Shown: in pieces, positions 50,701 through 64,000 of the stretch
Numbering within the stretch: position 1 is the first letter of the stretch
Layout of the letters: each line of letters begins with the position of its first letter
Assembly (NCBI GenBank): GCA_000934665.2
Contig: KZ538473.1
Location: 1-64,000 of the forward strand
Length of the DNA: 64,000 nt
Origin: Catajapyx aquilonaris
Taxonomy: Eukaryota
Reading direction: 5' to 3'
Notes under the pieces: generated by a model
Seen by the model: only the letters and a program-made list of their open reading frames with translations
The model's database searches: none
What the model was told of the DNA's origin: nothing
Program-made: the position numbers and the translations under genes

Positions 50701-53700
50701 ACGTACTAATTGAAGGCCATGCGTCTTATTACTTCAGAATTACGATCCCGGCATAATAAATCAAGTTTGCGGTGGCTTCACAAGGACTGGATCCAGGATC
50801 GTTCAGGGGAAAAGTTGGCCCATTAAACACCGGATTCATGGGCTGCGGGGATTGACAGGCACAACGCCGCTCAGTTTGCTTTCAGTCGTTTGCGTCGTAT
50901 AAAATGGCCAATCACAGCTTTCCTCTTCCTGCACCCTGTAGTCTCTCTTTTTTTCCGGGTGTGTGCTTGGGCCATTTGCAGCACTTTGGAGCCCTAGCCC
51001 TTTTTATCGCCCGTTTTCATCATTTAAGCCAATTACAAAACACAGCTACTGAGGGAGACACTGTTATGTTATCGCCTTTTGCTCCAATACAGACATTCTC
51101 TTTGCGATTTGTTCATTTTGGATCCTATTTATTCCAATTTTACACCACGTATTGTATACTTAACGAGTCGCGCAAATTTTAGTTATTTAATTATTCATTT
51201 GATTATCTGCCTGTATGGGTTGATTGGTTGGAATCCACCTAACGATAATAAGAATGGCCCTGATGGACGATCTCAACATGCAGCCTTATAATGTAACATA
51301 AGGCGTTCATTTCCTGTGTAAAGGGCATTCGATGAAATGGAAATGTGTGAATTGTTAGCCCGTTTGTTATTAGTGGGTCTGGTGAACCGATGAAGGTGGT
51401 GTGAGGCAAACATGCGCTGTGGGCCTAGACCGCTCGTGTTTTTGCTGCGGTATTTGTGCTGCATATGTGGTGCGTGTTGGTAAATCCCACCGGCGCTGGT
51501 TGGAATAATTAAAGTCGGATCTTTTTCCCGGCCACATCTTTGATCCATATTCTGTTTTCGCACAATTGATTCCGTTGTGGGGATTACAAGTCCATCGAAA
51601 CCTGTGTACTGGCAAGCTCCACCACGACACATTGAGTTCGCCGCATTCCCATTACACTTCTCTGCTATTCTCTCGATCATCGGGATTCTTTCGGTGCCGC
51701 TGGTGTAAGCAGGTAATGTTACGCTGCATTTCTTCCGGATTTTTTTCATTTCAGATGAAACCCATCCATACCATTCATAACGAGCCAGCAATCCGGGATT
51801 TTTTTGTCATCACTACCCCATAAGCAAGTTTCTGCGGAAACTTAACCCACGATAGGCTGCCCTGATGAGAATACGTGCTTAATATTTCAAGTTTTGGGTC
51901 CTTTTCTCACGTGATGCCAAGTGTGAACACACCTTTAATAGACCGAATGGTAATGGGAGCAGCAGGTTTGGTTCCCGTAACTACATACTGTACGCAACAT
52001 GGCCCATAATTCAGTATTCTGCGGAGTAAGTAGACTAATTCTCCCCTGGCGCAGTCTATTAGTTTTCCATTGAGTAATTTGAGGCCAATGACTAATGTGC
52101 GGGCATTGTATTCGGGGAGTGGGTGACAAATCCCTGCTTTTCTCTCTGCCGAACTAATGGGAATGATTGGGGGGAACGCTGCATTAGCGGAAGGCAATAT
52201 GATAGCACCTAGTGCAATTGACAAGGGCCCAACGTCGAATTTATTATGTCACCCGGTCGAATTCAATAGCTATTGGCGGTTAGTAAATGTGATTGGCCAG
52301 GATCGGAATAATGTCAAATATTTCGCCGGCTGCAAGCAGCCTGGATTCGAAAGTAATTAGGTTTATAAGTCCGTGCGGTCAATTGTAATTACCAGTGATC
52401 TCTGGTCATCTGCACACGCTGCGTTGGGACTCATGAAAAGGATGCAATTGTAATTGAAAGCGAGGGCAAAAAACGTGGGCCTTGCCTAGCATAAAATTGG
52501 AATTAGTGCAGCAGGTTTTTGTGCATTTCACGCTTTATTTCATTGGCTCTTTTTTTCCCATGGAAGACTGGGGTTGGTACTGACACGAGTTTTGACCTCT
52601 TCCTACCCGCTTGGGGACTTGTATGGCGGATGGGTTTTCACGGTTTTGGTGTCGCTAATTAATATGGTTTTGAGACACTGTTTGAATTCTGACAAATGAC
52701 GTTTTTATACTGTCTCGTCTGCCATGTACGGCTGGAAATAAATGGAATCTGTCACTTCTGGACGTAAACAGGTAACACCATTTCTGTGACATGTGGACAT
52801 GACGGATTAGTATTGTGCGATGATTAGTGTGGCGCGCCGTTTAATAAGAAGAGATGAGCGGAACAGGACAACGCTGAAACAAAATGGCTGCCTACAATAT
52901 ATTTGGAATGAACAATTGGGATGCCACTCTTCCCCGGCCATGTAGGCTACACTGCATCAACAATACATTTTGCAGACTGAAAATAATGTGGACCCCACGC
53001 TGTAGATTTTTTTCCATATTTTCCTGCAAGGTATATAAATAGCGGACGTAATTTCCAGCTTATAACTTCAGAGTACTGTCCCAAGTCGACACAGGAGGTA
53101 CGAGGGGAAATCAATAATAACGTTCTTGTATTTTTTGCTAACTCGTCTATGAAAAGCCCGGGCTGGGATATAAGAATGAAAGTATACACATTTTTATTTT
53201 TCAACATTTGGAGACATTTATTCAGTTGTCCCAACGACGAACAAGTTTAGCACAACCTTTGTCGTGATGACCTATACAGCACAGAGTTAAATAAATATTA
53301 GAGTAGTAATAACACTATAAGGTGTATTTGGAGTGCTAGGAAAGACTGATGCCCAAAAAGTAAAGCCGGAACCGCAGGAATTCTCTGAAGACGTCACAAA
53401 ACTCGTAAGTGCTGATATATGGCCTCCACCTTCGCAGTCGCTGAACGTCGCCTGCCTGAATATAGCTATAAAAATTTTACATTTCCTGTGGGGCTGTGAT
53501 ACCTCTTCTTTATTTATTCACGCAATGCCGATGCCCACCACATGAAGCCTATAACTTCTAATAATGTTATGTCGACACGTAGGTTTTTCCTCCCTGCCCC
53601 CATTTTAATTCCTTCCTTGTTGGTTGTAAAGCTGGTGAAGTGACTTTGACCGAACTTGTCTTGCCTGAATAGAGGCCCGAGAACAAACCCCGTAATTAAA

Positions 53701-56700
53701 CCGGGAGGCGAGTCTCAAGGGCCGATTAAGTGAGCCCCATGCTATTGTTTCAGTGGTAGGGGGAGTCTGTTGTCTCAATAGTCCTCTCGGTGACATCTCA
53801 AGTGTTACCATTTCATTGTTTCAACCGCATTAAAGGAAGGAGGGGTAGGCGGGCGGCTTTCCTGCAGTTTCCATGGGGAGACAATTCCTGTGGCAATCAT
53901 GGATGAACACCACCCATTTTTCTTTCTGGCTCCCCGAATTTACACTCGATCCCGGTCCAAGTTACGCAGCAACATGTGTGGCCAACTGGAAATTACCTCC
54001 AGCTAACGAAAACAAATCACGAAGCACGGGTCAGGCTAATACTGCTGCTGGAACCATAGGCAGCAGGGGAGGGAGGGTGGGAAGAGAAGGGGTGGCAAAA
54101 ATGATTATCCGGCCACATGTCGTGACATCCTCTCCTAGTAATTAGTTTAAAGCAGACGTTAAAGACCAGGTCTCTTTAAAGCCCAATTTCAAATTAGGGG
54201 GTGCTCTAGCCCCCTGGGATTACTTGATCCCATTACTGTCACACACATCTCATTTGTTCCCTGGCGTCATCTGAGTGTCAGTGGCTGACAAGTGACGTCA
54301 TACCGTCATTTACATATAGGCCTGAACGTATCACGCATACAGATTTTGCGGAAAAATTACTTGATTCCAACGACGTCCAACATATTGGACCAGTATTACT
54401 TCCGAAAATCAACGTGCCCCATACAGTTTCATATTGCCTCACGAAAATATGCATAATATGTCTTGCAAGTTCCTGACAGAAGCAATATAACACCCCTGGC
54501 CAAGGGAGAATAGCAGAAGGAGTAGTATACGGAATCGATATCTGTGAAAATCGGGGGGGTCTCCAGGTAATATCATGGCTCTCCATTGTGCCAGGCAGGA
54601 GGGCCAAGATTGTGTGGAGGACCCAGTGGGAATATGGACAGGGCCCCCTTGGCAGAGGTGGAGACCGGAACCGTTTCAATTACTCTGATCGCGATGTATA
54701 GTCAGAACTTGGCTGCTTGCTGATACCTCTCAAAAACCTCGTAGCGAATTATTTTCTCGTATATTTTTGTTACTTTAAGTCGCGACAAAAATCGCCTCAC
54801 ATCCTGGTATTACGCAAATATATTACAATATAGGCCTGCTTAATGCGAAATTTGTCAGATTTATTGGAGCTCTCGACCAATTTTTTGTATGTAAAAATGC
54901 AGGGTGACAAATATTGCCAGCATGATAAATGACATCCGAATGGCTTAACGCTTCAGGGATAGTCGATGCGTCCTGAAAAGCCGTCTCTTGGGCTGCCGAA
55001 TCAATTATCTTCCCGCCTTGTTGTCGCTTCGGTTGAATCAGGTCATGGCTTTTAAGCACCTGTACATCAGATCATTTTGGTTAGTCCTAAATCATGGTGT
55101 GCAACTAGTTACACCGCGTACCGTTCCCATGGATCCACCTACATATCACTCTTTTGCCACATATGCCACATATAAGGTACAAGACAAACGTTTATGTCTC
55201 GAAAGTCACACAGGTCAAAACTAATATGCTCCAATATTAATCAATCCATTGAATATTATTGGGGAAATTTTTTAGCACTATTTGTAATTTTATAATCATT
55301 GTATAAGTTTAATACAAGACATCAAAGAGATATTTCCTTAGTTTGAGGCACAACGTGTGTTATCACTTTTCCCATGCGCTCATAACATAGAATTATTCTC
55401 AGGTGTAAACGTGTAAAATGTTCCAGGCTTGCCTTCTTATCGACCTCCACACGGAGGTCACATAGTCTCCTGCGAGACCTCCTAACTGACCTGTATTATA
55501 AAGTGCGGTGTAATATCTTAACAAATGTGCTAAATAAATTGTGCACCCATTTCGTGTTTAGTGCAGCTTTGCAGGTGAAGCGCAAGTCGTAAAAGACGCA
55601 GAAGGGCGTGAAGATAATGTCATCCTCTATGACCAGGCGCCATTTCCTAATCAACGTATTCTCATTACCCCTCCGTGGCTCCGTCAGCTTTGCATATCTA
55701 ATTTTTTAGTCGCCCATGACTGCAATTAAATTCTAACATTATCGCACTAGAGACCTAAAAAATGACCCGCTTTTGCTTCAGTTTTCACCGCATTTTCCGC
55801 ATACGGTCCACTAGAGTCCTTCTAAGAATGATGGCGTCCTCGAGATTTATAGACCAATAAAATAATGAATCGCGAAATTTTGTGTGGGATTACATTGCAG
55901 GAATGTAAGATATTCCCTTCCGCTTCTTTCTGTTATAAATCTTTAATCTTCGTCAACCTAGAACCTTCGGGGACAGCCACGGCTTAATTGTTGTGTCTAA
56001 TGAGGGCGTTACCCTTGGCAATACTTTACCGCGTGGGAAGATGGGCGGCAGTCAACACTTTCCAATACACCTCTTTTGCCATTAACATACCCTTATCATC
56101 CAGATTTTCACGCTCGTAAATGAGATTTCTAACAGGTAAATGTAATTTGTGTACTTACCATGTACGGCGGTGGCGACACAAAGTAACAACAGAAGGTATT
56201 ATCTGACCAGTTTGGATCAAGTGACATTAGGTACGCACAATGAAGTTGTTATCAAGTCGGCTAACTTGTTTTTTCCCCCCTTTCGGTTTCGTGATGTAGT
56301 GGCTCACAAAGCGTGAGCTGAAGGAGGATTTGAAACCAAAAATTTGAAGTAGGCCTACAGAGGGTGGATGCAACGCTTGATTTAACATGCATTTTCTGGT
56401 ATTCAATTGTAGCAAATGACGGAGCGGAAAAAATCCAGCGCTATTATAGAGACAGCTCCTAACAACTGGGTTGGTCCGTTGATAGAACTGAAGAAAGTAT
56501 TGCCCATAAAGTCTACTTTCTAGTTTTTCTAGGGCTGACTGAGTGTTGCAAGAAATGCCCCCAGAGGTGGTGCCATGATAATGTAAAAACATATTAGAAG
56601 TGCCTGTCCCTTTACATGTCACACTTGCCGTTATGACTCGGAGCAGAATATTGCTCTTTTGGCATTTGGCAAGGTGGTTTCAGGACCGGTAATGAACGAA

Positions 56701-59700
56701 GCTGAGACTACTTCACAAGAATCGCAAATTCAACGGTTGGTTCCTTCCAGATTGACCTGTATAAAAAGGGCATACTGCGTGTACGAGCTCATTAATTTTC
56801 GCGAGTTACTGGTTTTTCTGGCAAGGGAGAGTGCGGAGACTGGTCATAATATGAAACGATATACGTTTATTGCAGGGTGGGTTCCTTATTTTATGTACAA
56901 TGTATAATATGCGTACATGTCAGTTGGAAATTTGACCCGGTCGTACAAGTTGGTAAGCAGCTTTAGAAGATGACCTTGGAGTTCTGTTTTTTTTTGCTCA
57001 GGTCCCTTTGAAGCAGCGAATTTCAAGGAAGGGTGAGAATATTGGCCTAACTTTCCTGCACGTCATCCTCTTTTGAGGAGAAACTGTGGCACAGACATTC
57101 CTTCAAAAAAATATTTAAGCATAGGCACAAAGAGAGAGGAAGGAAAAACAGCTTTGCTTCATTACCGTAGAAAAATTCGGCTGAGCTCTGCACGGATTCA
57201 GCCGTAACAGGATTTCCGACATTTTGGCGTATTTCTGGAGCAAAAATGGGAGGGGGGTTGACAGGTGGTAAAATGGCATGTCGCAATTTCCTCCGAAATG
57301 GAGGTGTAAGGTAACAGTGCAGCAAGCCGTCAGGGTTATATCATGGCGTGAGTTATGTTCCTCCCCCGAGGTGGAGAAAGCAGTCAATGTGCGACCTTCC
57401 ATCTAGAGTTCTCAGAGACGAACAATCGGACGGTATTTGGCTCTAGCATCGTCAGGCATATGAAGACTGAATGAAATGAGACGAGTTTTCCCTTTTCAAA
57501 GTCACGAAAGCCTCCAGCTTGCTGTTTGCCAACTCTACAACAGGACTTGTGGCAGGAGAAAAACTACCCGCCTTCATGAGTCATTTTCTCGTTTGTCGGC
57601 ATTTTTTGCTGCTGTGTTGTTGATATCATCAGAACTGACCATTCCGCTCATCAACTTGGATATCCTTTCCCAATCCATTTTTTTGACTGTATCCTATTGA
57701 CCCATGGTGGACATTACGATATGTCAATTGATATGTTTGTTCTTGAGTCAACCTGCGAACCGACTGCTTTTGTTCACTCACAATCTGAAATATTTCTTAC
57801 TCGAGATATTGCATAAGTAAACTTGTCACTTGCACAATGCTAGCTAGTACGACTAAAACTGGGCAAAAATATTTCATGTAGAATTTTTTCCCATCGGTCT
57901 GCATTATTATCGACCAGCACAACTGGGATGAAACAAAACGAAGCAATTTGCGTGGCACTGCTGGTTGAAAGCATGTGCTGTAAACGTTTGACAAGTGGCA
58001 TGTGCTGTTGCTGAAATTTTTAACACCTGGAGGTGTATGACATATATCGGCTTCCCTTAAATAAGAAAAAAAATAGCCAGGATTTGAATAGCCTAGTGCA
58101 GCATATGTAATTCTCTCCGGCTGAACCACGAGCCGGGCATTTCGGATGCACGTAGTCGATACTAACGTGCGTGAATTACACGGACTTATTGGAACTGCTC
58201 CTGGGATGCCATAAACAGGGCAGGCACAAGCGTGTGTAAAGCTGACATGAGTAATTAAGCTGTAAAAATAATGGTAACTGCTGTAAGAACATGCAACGGA
58301 ATGATGACTCGAATTGGGTGTGCGAGAAGCACTTTTATTGTAGCGTAGACCTACTAACACTTGAAGACGCGGTTGCTTGTCTTGGAGGCCTCCCAGGTAC
58401 ATCAAACAGATGTGGGGCAATAGCGTGGCAGTTTGATATTTCGGGATGGGCACATCGAACCCGAGTAGATGGATAGAAATTGGCCTGCAAGTCGTAGCCA
58501 GAGATGATAAAAGTGTAGTGTAACATGGCAGAAGAGTCCGGCGTATGATCTGGTCTGGGTAAAAAAGGGGTTTGTGTGGGCCGCACTTGAATAATGAGGG
58601 CCATAAAGCCGGGAAAGATAGCACTCAGCGCTGGAGTCCCATCTGCAGCAGGAAGGCAAGCGCGTCTCGCAAAATTCCTCATGCATTCATGTCTTGAATG
58701 CAAATGTGGACTTTTGACTGGGGAACCAGCTGACCTCTACCCCACCCGTCTCGCACGCACAACTTTTTTTTCTCCGGCTACGTACATATTATTTTGGTGG
58801 AACAGGTTGTCCGGGGCTGGGCACGTTGTTGTATGTCCTCCAATGACCCTGCGATTGACCCGGCCAATTGCAGGGGGATAGAAATTGGCCAATGCTCTAT
58901 GCAAATTATTTTGCGCGGCCTGCAAGTGTGAAACATTGCCTCATGCAGTTATACAGATTATGAGGGCACTAACGCCATCGTTCAATAATTAATTACTTGT
59001 AACGCACGGTAATACGAGCCCAGTGGGAATCACTCGAGGATTAATAAGGCTTGAATGATTAGATTAAAGCGTGCTGTAATGAAAGCAATTTCCTACGCCC
59101 CAGATACTTATGCCAACATACGTCGATCACTTGATTCAGTGTCTGCCAAAACGATGATGTAATGTGTCAGCTAAATGCCTATACAGCCATCATTGACAAT
59201 GAGACCTGCATGACTCCATGTTGTGATTATAGACGGTAAGGCGGGGCTCCACTTTTGAAATTATTTTTCCAAGTCCAAAGTGAGCCATATTGATCGCCCC
59301 CGTATTTGGTAGGCGCGGTGAGAAGTGTCGCAGGTGAAAATATAGAGTTGGAGCTAATTCGTGACGACGCAGCAACTATTGGGTTACCACCCGATAAAAC
59401 GGCCCGGTGCGAAGAAAAATGAAGCGGGAAAAACGTGGGGACAGCTGCCGGATTCTGAAGTCTGTGACGTCAAGGACGGGCAGGTTAATTATGAAACGCG
59501 CTATATATATGAGTAGCTGCGGAATGTTGACAATGGAGCACCCGGGCCTTCATTTCCGCCCTTTTACCGCGCTGTGTTGTGGTCTGGGGAACTCGAATCA
59601 AGCGTCACGCCGATGCCCTCCCCTCTCTGCAAAAAGGGATCCAGTCCTGGCTTCAATTCTGAAAGCGTACTCATTTTCCGACTCTTTTTTACCTACACTC

Positions 59701-62700
59701 GCCATCCATGCCGTACACTGGCGTGGCGTCCCCGCGCCACCCGACGGCCATCTTGGTCCACTCTGCCTTTATTCAAAGAGGATTCTGCTCCATCTCGTCT
59801 CCTACTACCATCATAATCATGAGAGCAGCAGCAGAAGCAACACTAACAAACTATTCTTCAATTTACACTTGATGAATCACGCCCCACAAAGTGAGATTCA
59901 AGATGGCGATACCCTTACCAATATATTCTCCCTCTCAATTGGCCAAATCCGGCAAGCTCAGGATCGCCAGCGATTTCCACAAATATTTGTCGAAACAGAT
60001 TCCGAGAGATGTCGCTGGTGGGTAGGAAAACTGACCGGCTCGGACGCGAAATACAAGGCAAAATATCTAGACACAAAAACTCAACGTGAACGTCCAGTAG
60101 GCCTAACGTTGACATGTTATAAGCTAGAATACGCTTACATCGAAATGGACAAAGAAAAATGACACTGAGGTTCTCATCTACACTCTGAAACTTTGGGGTG
60201 CCAGACAAACTGTTTATCTGGTTGTGTATCAGCACGGATGAACAGTTCACCGTCACATGTTGGCATACAATAAGATGAGCAATGATATCGTTTGCCCGTT
60301 GATTTCTACAAGCACAGCATTGTAACAGTTGGTTAGAGAACAATAAGTTTATAGAGGTCTAATAATTTTTGTTCCATTCAATAACGGTTTAGATTGATCA
60401 TCAGTCCTGTCATTTGAGATCATGCCATCACACCATTTTTGCCGAAAATTCCTATACAAACTAGTAACGTAGTGTACCTCACGTGTATAGCCAATAGTTG
60501 CATGAAAGTATAGGTCTCCAGAAGGGAGCATCGATTTTTCCTCATTGATTTATCGCTTGTGTTGGAATTGACGAGTGTACAGTAGGATGGGTAGTGGGTG
60601 TGCACAGCGTAAGTGCGAACCCGCAATGAAACCCATCGTAAATGTTGTGGTCAGCTACTCTCCCACTATGTAATAAGGGGTCAAGTCACAAAAGTGTATA
60701 GGGCACTTCTCCGTGGTTTCCAGTGATAGGTTGAATGGGCAGAGGAGGGTCTTGTGTTGCGCAATCGATGTGGAGAGTCGCTATGCATCATTCACGTGAT
60801 GGATTTTAAAGCTATTTGAATGCGTATGGCACGAATAAACGTCATGCTTCATTCATGCCAAGTAAGTTTGTCATTGGCAACATGAATGATTTCTCTTTCA
60901 TCGTTTCCACTACCACATTTCTGCAGTTGCACCTTTTAATATTGAATTTGCTCATCGCGTTGTAAACTTTGGAAACTCGAGCAGAGGAAGAAAATTTCAC
61001 GTAGGCCTGGACACCCTCTGCATTTCATGAAATGATCACAGCCTGCAAGCCTCGGTTCTGGCAGTGGGTGAGCTGGGCTATAGACATGCTAGTCCAGAAT
61101 AGCGAAACCATTACCTTGTCAATTATTACCGCACAGTTTCCCGTACGGCGTTGATGTCAAAGGGTTATGTATATGTAGCATTTCATCCCAATTTGGTCCA
61201 GCTCCCGGGTATAGATCCCTTGCGATGGGTAAATAATTTTACAGCGATATCACTTTACCGAACATTTCCCTGCTTATTACTGTTGATGGTTTTCATCGCA
61301 TCACATAGAGGCCTTTGGGAGGCAAAAAGTCGTATTTCCGTGATGTATTTCCCACACTTTGCCCGGTTTCTATAGCAGAATAAAAGCCTGCATGCATGTT
61401 ATGTGCACTCGGGTTTTGTATTAAATTGTCGAAAACTCATGGAATTGGCTGACCTACGGGCCTATACGCGTGTCATGTGCAACGGTTTTGCTGTAGGCCA
61501 TAGTTTCTGTGTATTCACTAAACTGACTGCTGTTGTCAGAAAAGTTTCATAGAGAGGTTATAATCATATAAACGATATGATTATTCTTGCTACGCAGACT
61601 CCTGCCACGCGCATATAGATTATGCTTTAACCTACTTATATGACTGAATTCAAAGATTTAAACACCATTTCAAATTTTCCAGAGTGATGTTTTCAAGATT
61701 TGGTCTCTGCTGTATAGATCAAACCTTGTTCTCAGTCTTGGGCTACCCGCATGATGACGGGTAACAAATAAGCTGTAACGTAGTGTCAAAAGATGTAGGA
61801 AAATGCGATCGTTGGCCCCTATCCACAGCTGACGTGCTGGTTGTAGGCTTGATAATTTTTTGTGTGTAGATGGCCCCCACCATCATCCCCCCAGGATATT
61901 ATCCGATGCCCTCGAGTTCAGCCTCTTGGCAGCATGAAAAGGCGTCCGTGACGGGGTTTTCCAGAACGAGGGTGTCTCGTGACATTTATTCAGCTGTTAA
62001 TTAGAAAGCGCACGAGGGGAAATTTATAATTATCCGCGAAATAATCTGGCTCCAACTCATCCCCAAAGAATGTCCTTAGTGTGTTTTTAACACTCGGTCT
62101 TCATTTCGCCAGTGGGAACGTGATTCCTCCAGATTAATTCCGAGTTACCAACAGAGAGGTGCAAAGTTTTATATTGATTCCTGGGCCAGGTCCGGAAGCA
62201 ACTAATGAAACGTGGCGTTGCTAGGGTTACTCACCTAATACTACTTACTGGAGTGTGTGTATGTGATGAAGGACGTGATCCGTTAAGGTGGGCTTCATAT
62301 TTGCTGCTAGCCTTTGACAACATAAGTCATGATGATTAGCATTTTTTTACTGCGAAAGGCGTAATGGGTCCCAGGTAGTAGCACTCACTGGACATGATTG
62401 ATGTTTGGCATACTGATTTCACGACACCGCGAGAAGAACATTGTCGCTAAACATGTGATCAGTCGACTACTTTTTAGGGGATTTGTTGGTGTTGATGTTG
62501 GAGTTTATACAGGCTATTGTTTTGGACATAAGTGGAGTCGGCAGATAATGTAATCCATTTTGAGTTGACCAGCACCTGTATGTGTGGGGTGTGTGTGTGT
62601 GAATCGACTCTGTCACAGCATTAGCATTGGACAGTGAGTACAAAATAATGCAGTTTTGCACTACGCTTTTGTAAATGGCAGGATTTAGACTTGAAATTAG

Positions 62701-64000
62701 TGATACGGAAAAAGTTACTGTAATGATTGTTTTTGCATGCAGCAGACATGCAGTAAACATGTTTCGACATTGATACACAGTCACTCTTCTCTCCGTCTCT
62801 GGGAGGTTGAATATGAAAACTTTTGCGCATAATTTCGGTCATTGAAAATAAATGTAATCATTGCATCACACTACCTTTCTTTTTGTCGTACCAGAAATGC
62901 CCACAACTGATCGGGGCAAGGGGATCCAGAATAAATACCCTTTCCAAGCCAGAACATGAATTACAATGTATACGTCGTGCTGTGGCCTGTACTCATACAT
63001 ATGGGAGACGATGCTGCTGCTTGTAAAGAGACGTACTGTAGCCAGTTTCTGTGGTCATCAACTGTTTGGAAGGAAGGCGCCGGCAGAATTTTGTGGTCCA
63101 ATTCTGGGAAGTTAATGAGTGCAGTGTGATAATTTAGCTAGCGCCTCAATCATCCCCTGTAGAGGGTTATTTATTCATAAACCTGTTGCGTGCTTCTAAT
63201 TCACGGCCTGTGTTCAATTGTAGCTTAAACCATGCTGATCCCTAATAACTCGTGAGAAATGGCCTAAGAGGTGCACTGTACCGTGGTGCTCATGGCATAG
63301 GTACTCTGCATGGGGTTGAGGGTCGAGTGGTGGGGATCTGAACCTACAGGGAGTAACTTTGGAGGGTTATGTTTCTGCAAAAGCACCCTGGACGCCATAG
63401 AACGCCACCAAGTTAATCTAATAACACGCCGCAGTTTATTGAGTGTAATAAGCCAATTTGCATGTATTGCAACAGAAAATGGTCTCCCCCCTTTTCCCAC
63501 TACCCGATGTACCCCCGCAGTTATCTCCGCGGGGTTTCATTTATTTCCGTTTACTACACGTTGGCAAGTAACTTCTGTTCTTGGCGGCTAATTATTGTAA
63601 CTATACACACATGCTGTAGTTGCATTTCCACCGTCATATTCTGTGATGATGAAGCCACACAAAGCGGTGGGTTCTGCGTGTACCTGACCCAACATAATAT
63701 ACCGGACCAAAATATGTATCCTAATGAGTTAGAGCATTTGAATGTTTGTTCAGTCTGTGTAGAGAGGGAAAAAGTCTTCACGAAGCCAAAAGTTATCAGA
63801 CCGCTGGTGTGACACACCCTTGAGACCTCTCAAGGATAGCAAACCCTGTCCATGCAAACACAAGCGCGCATAGAGCTGTCGTTTCATTACACTAGGCTTT
63901 GTTAACATAGGGCAGGGACTCGTGCCAGCAATGTCTCACTGGAGATGGAAACTTTGAGCACAAAGTCTTGAAAGTCAAGCATGCGCAGCCCCAAGTTCTT

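Noticed and set aside
56150..56200. Isolated consensus splice donors (also near 16980, 17650, 62230)
   Set aside because: GTRAGT hexamers are expected many times by chance in 64 kb; no supporting ORF or acceptor.
57797..58624. 275-aa minus-strand ORF
   Set aside because: No recognisable motif, random-like composition, non-ATG start, no clear splice context.
59407..60162. 251-aa plus-strand ORF as exon 2 of the signal-peptide gene
   Set aside because: No domain similarity and no convincing acceptor/donor pair.

Overview
Eukaryotic, gene-poor genomic DNA, probably from an arthropod or other invertebrate (mariner/pogo relics, tRNA-derived SINEs, microsatellites, spliceosomal splice signals). 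No prokaryotic genes, CRISPR array or rRNA were seen, and nearly all ORFs in the track are spurious. The first ~30 kb is rich in transposable elements: five target-site-duplication (TSD)-bounded copies of two related tRNA-headed SINE families, two decayed mariner transposases, a pogo-like relic, several MITEs, a half tRNA-Glu, and a nested stack (SINE > OTU-encoding Helitron/Helentron-like fragment with a 222-bp-arm palindrome > second SINE). At ~30.1-30.9 kb there is a GC-rich promoter-like region and a + strand first coding exon encoding a signal peptide, ending in a phase-1 GTAAGT donor. The remaining ~33 kb looks like TE-poor intron with no identifiable second exon. The most unusual signal is the SINE 3' tail, whose hairpin architecture is kept across copies while loop and inner-stem sequences differ. 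I do not see convincing evidence of a complete new biological system. All alignments and translations were done by eye.
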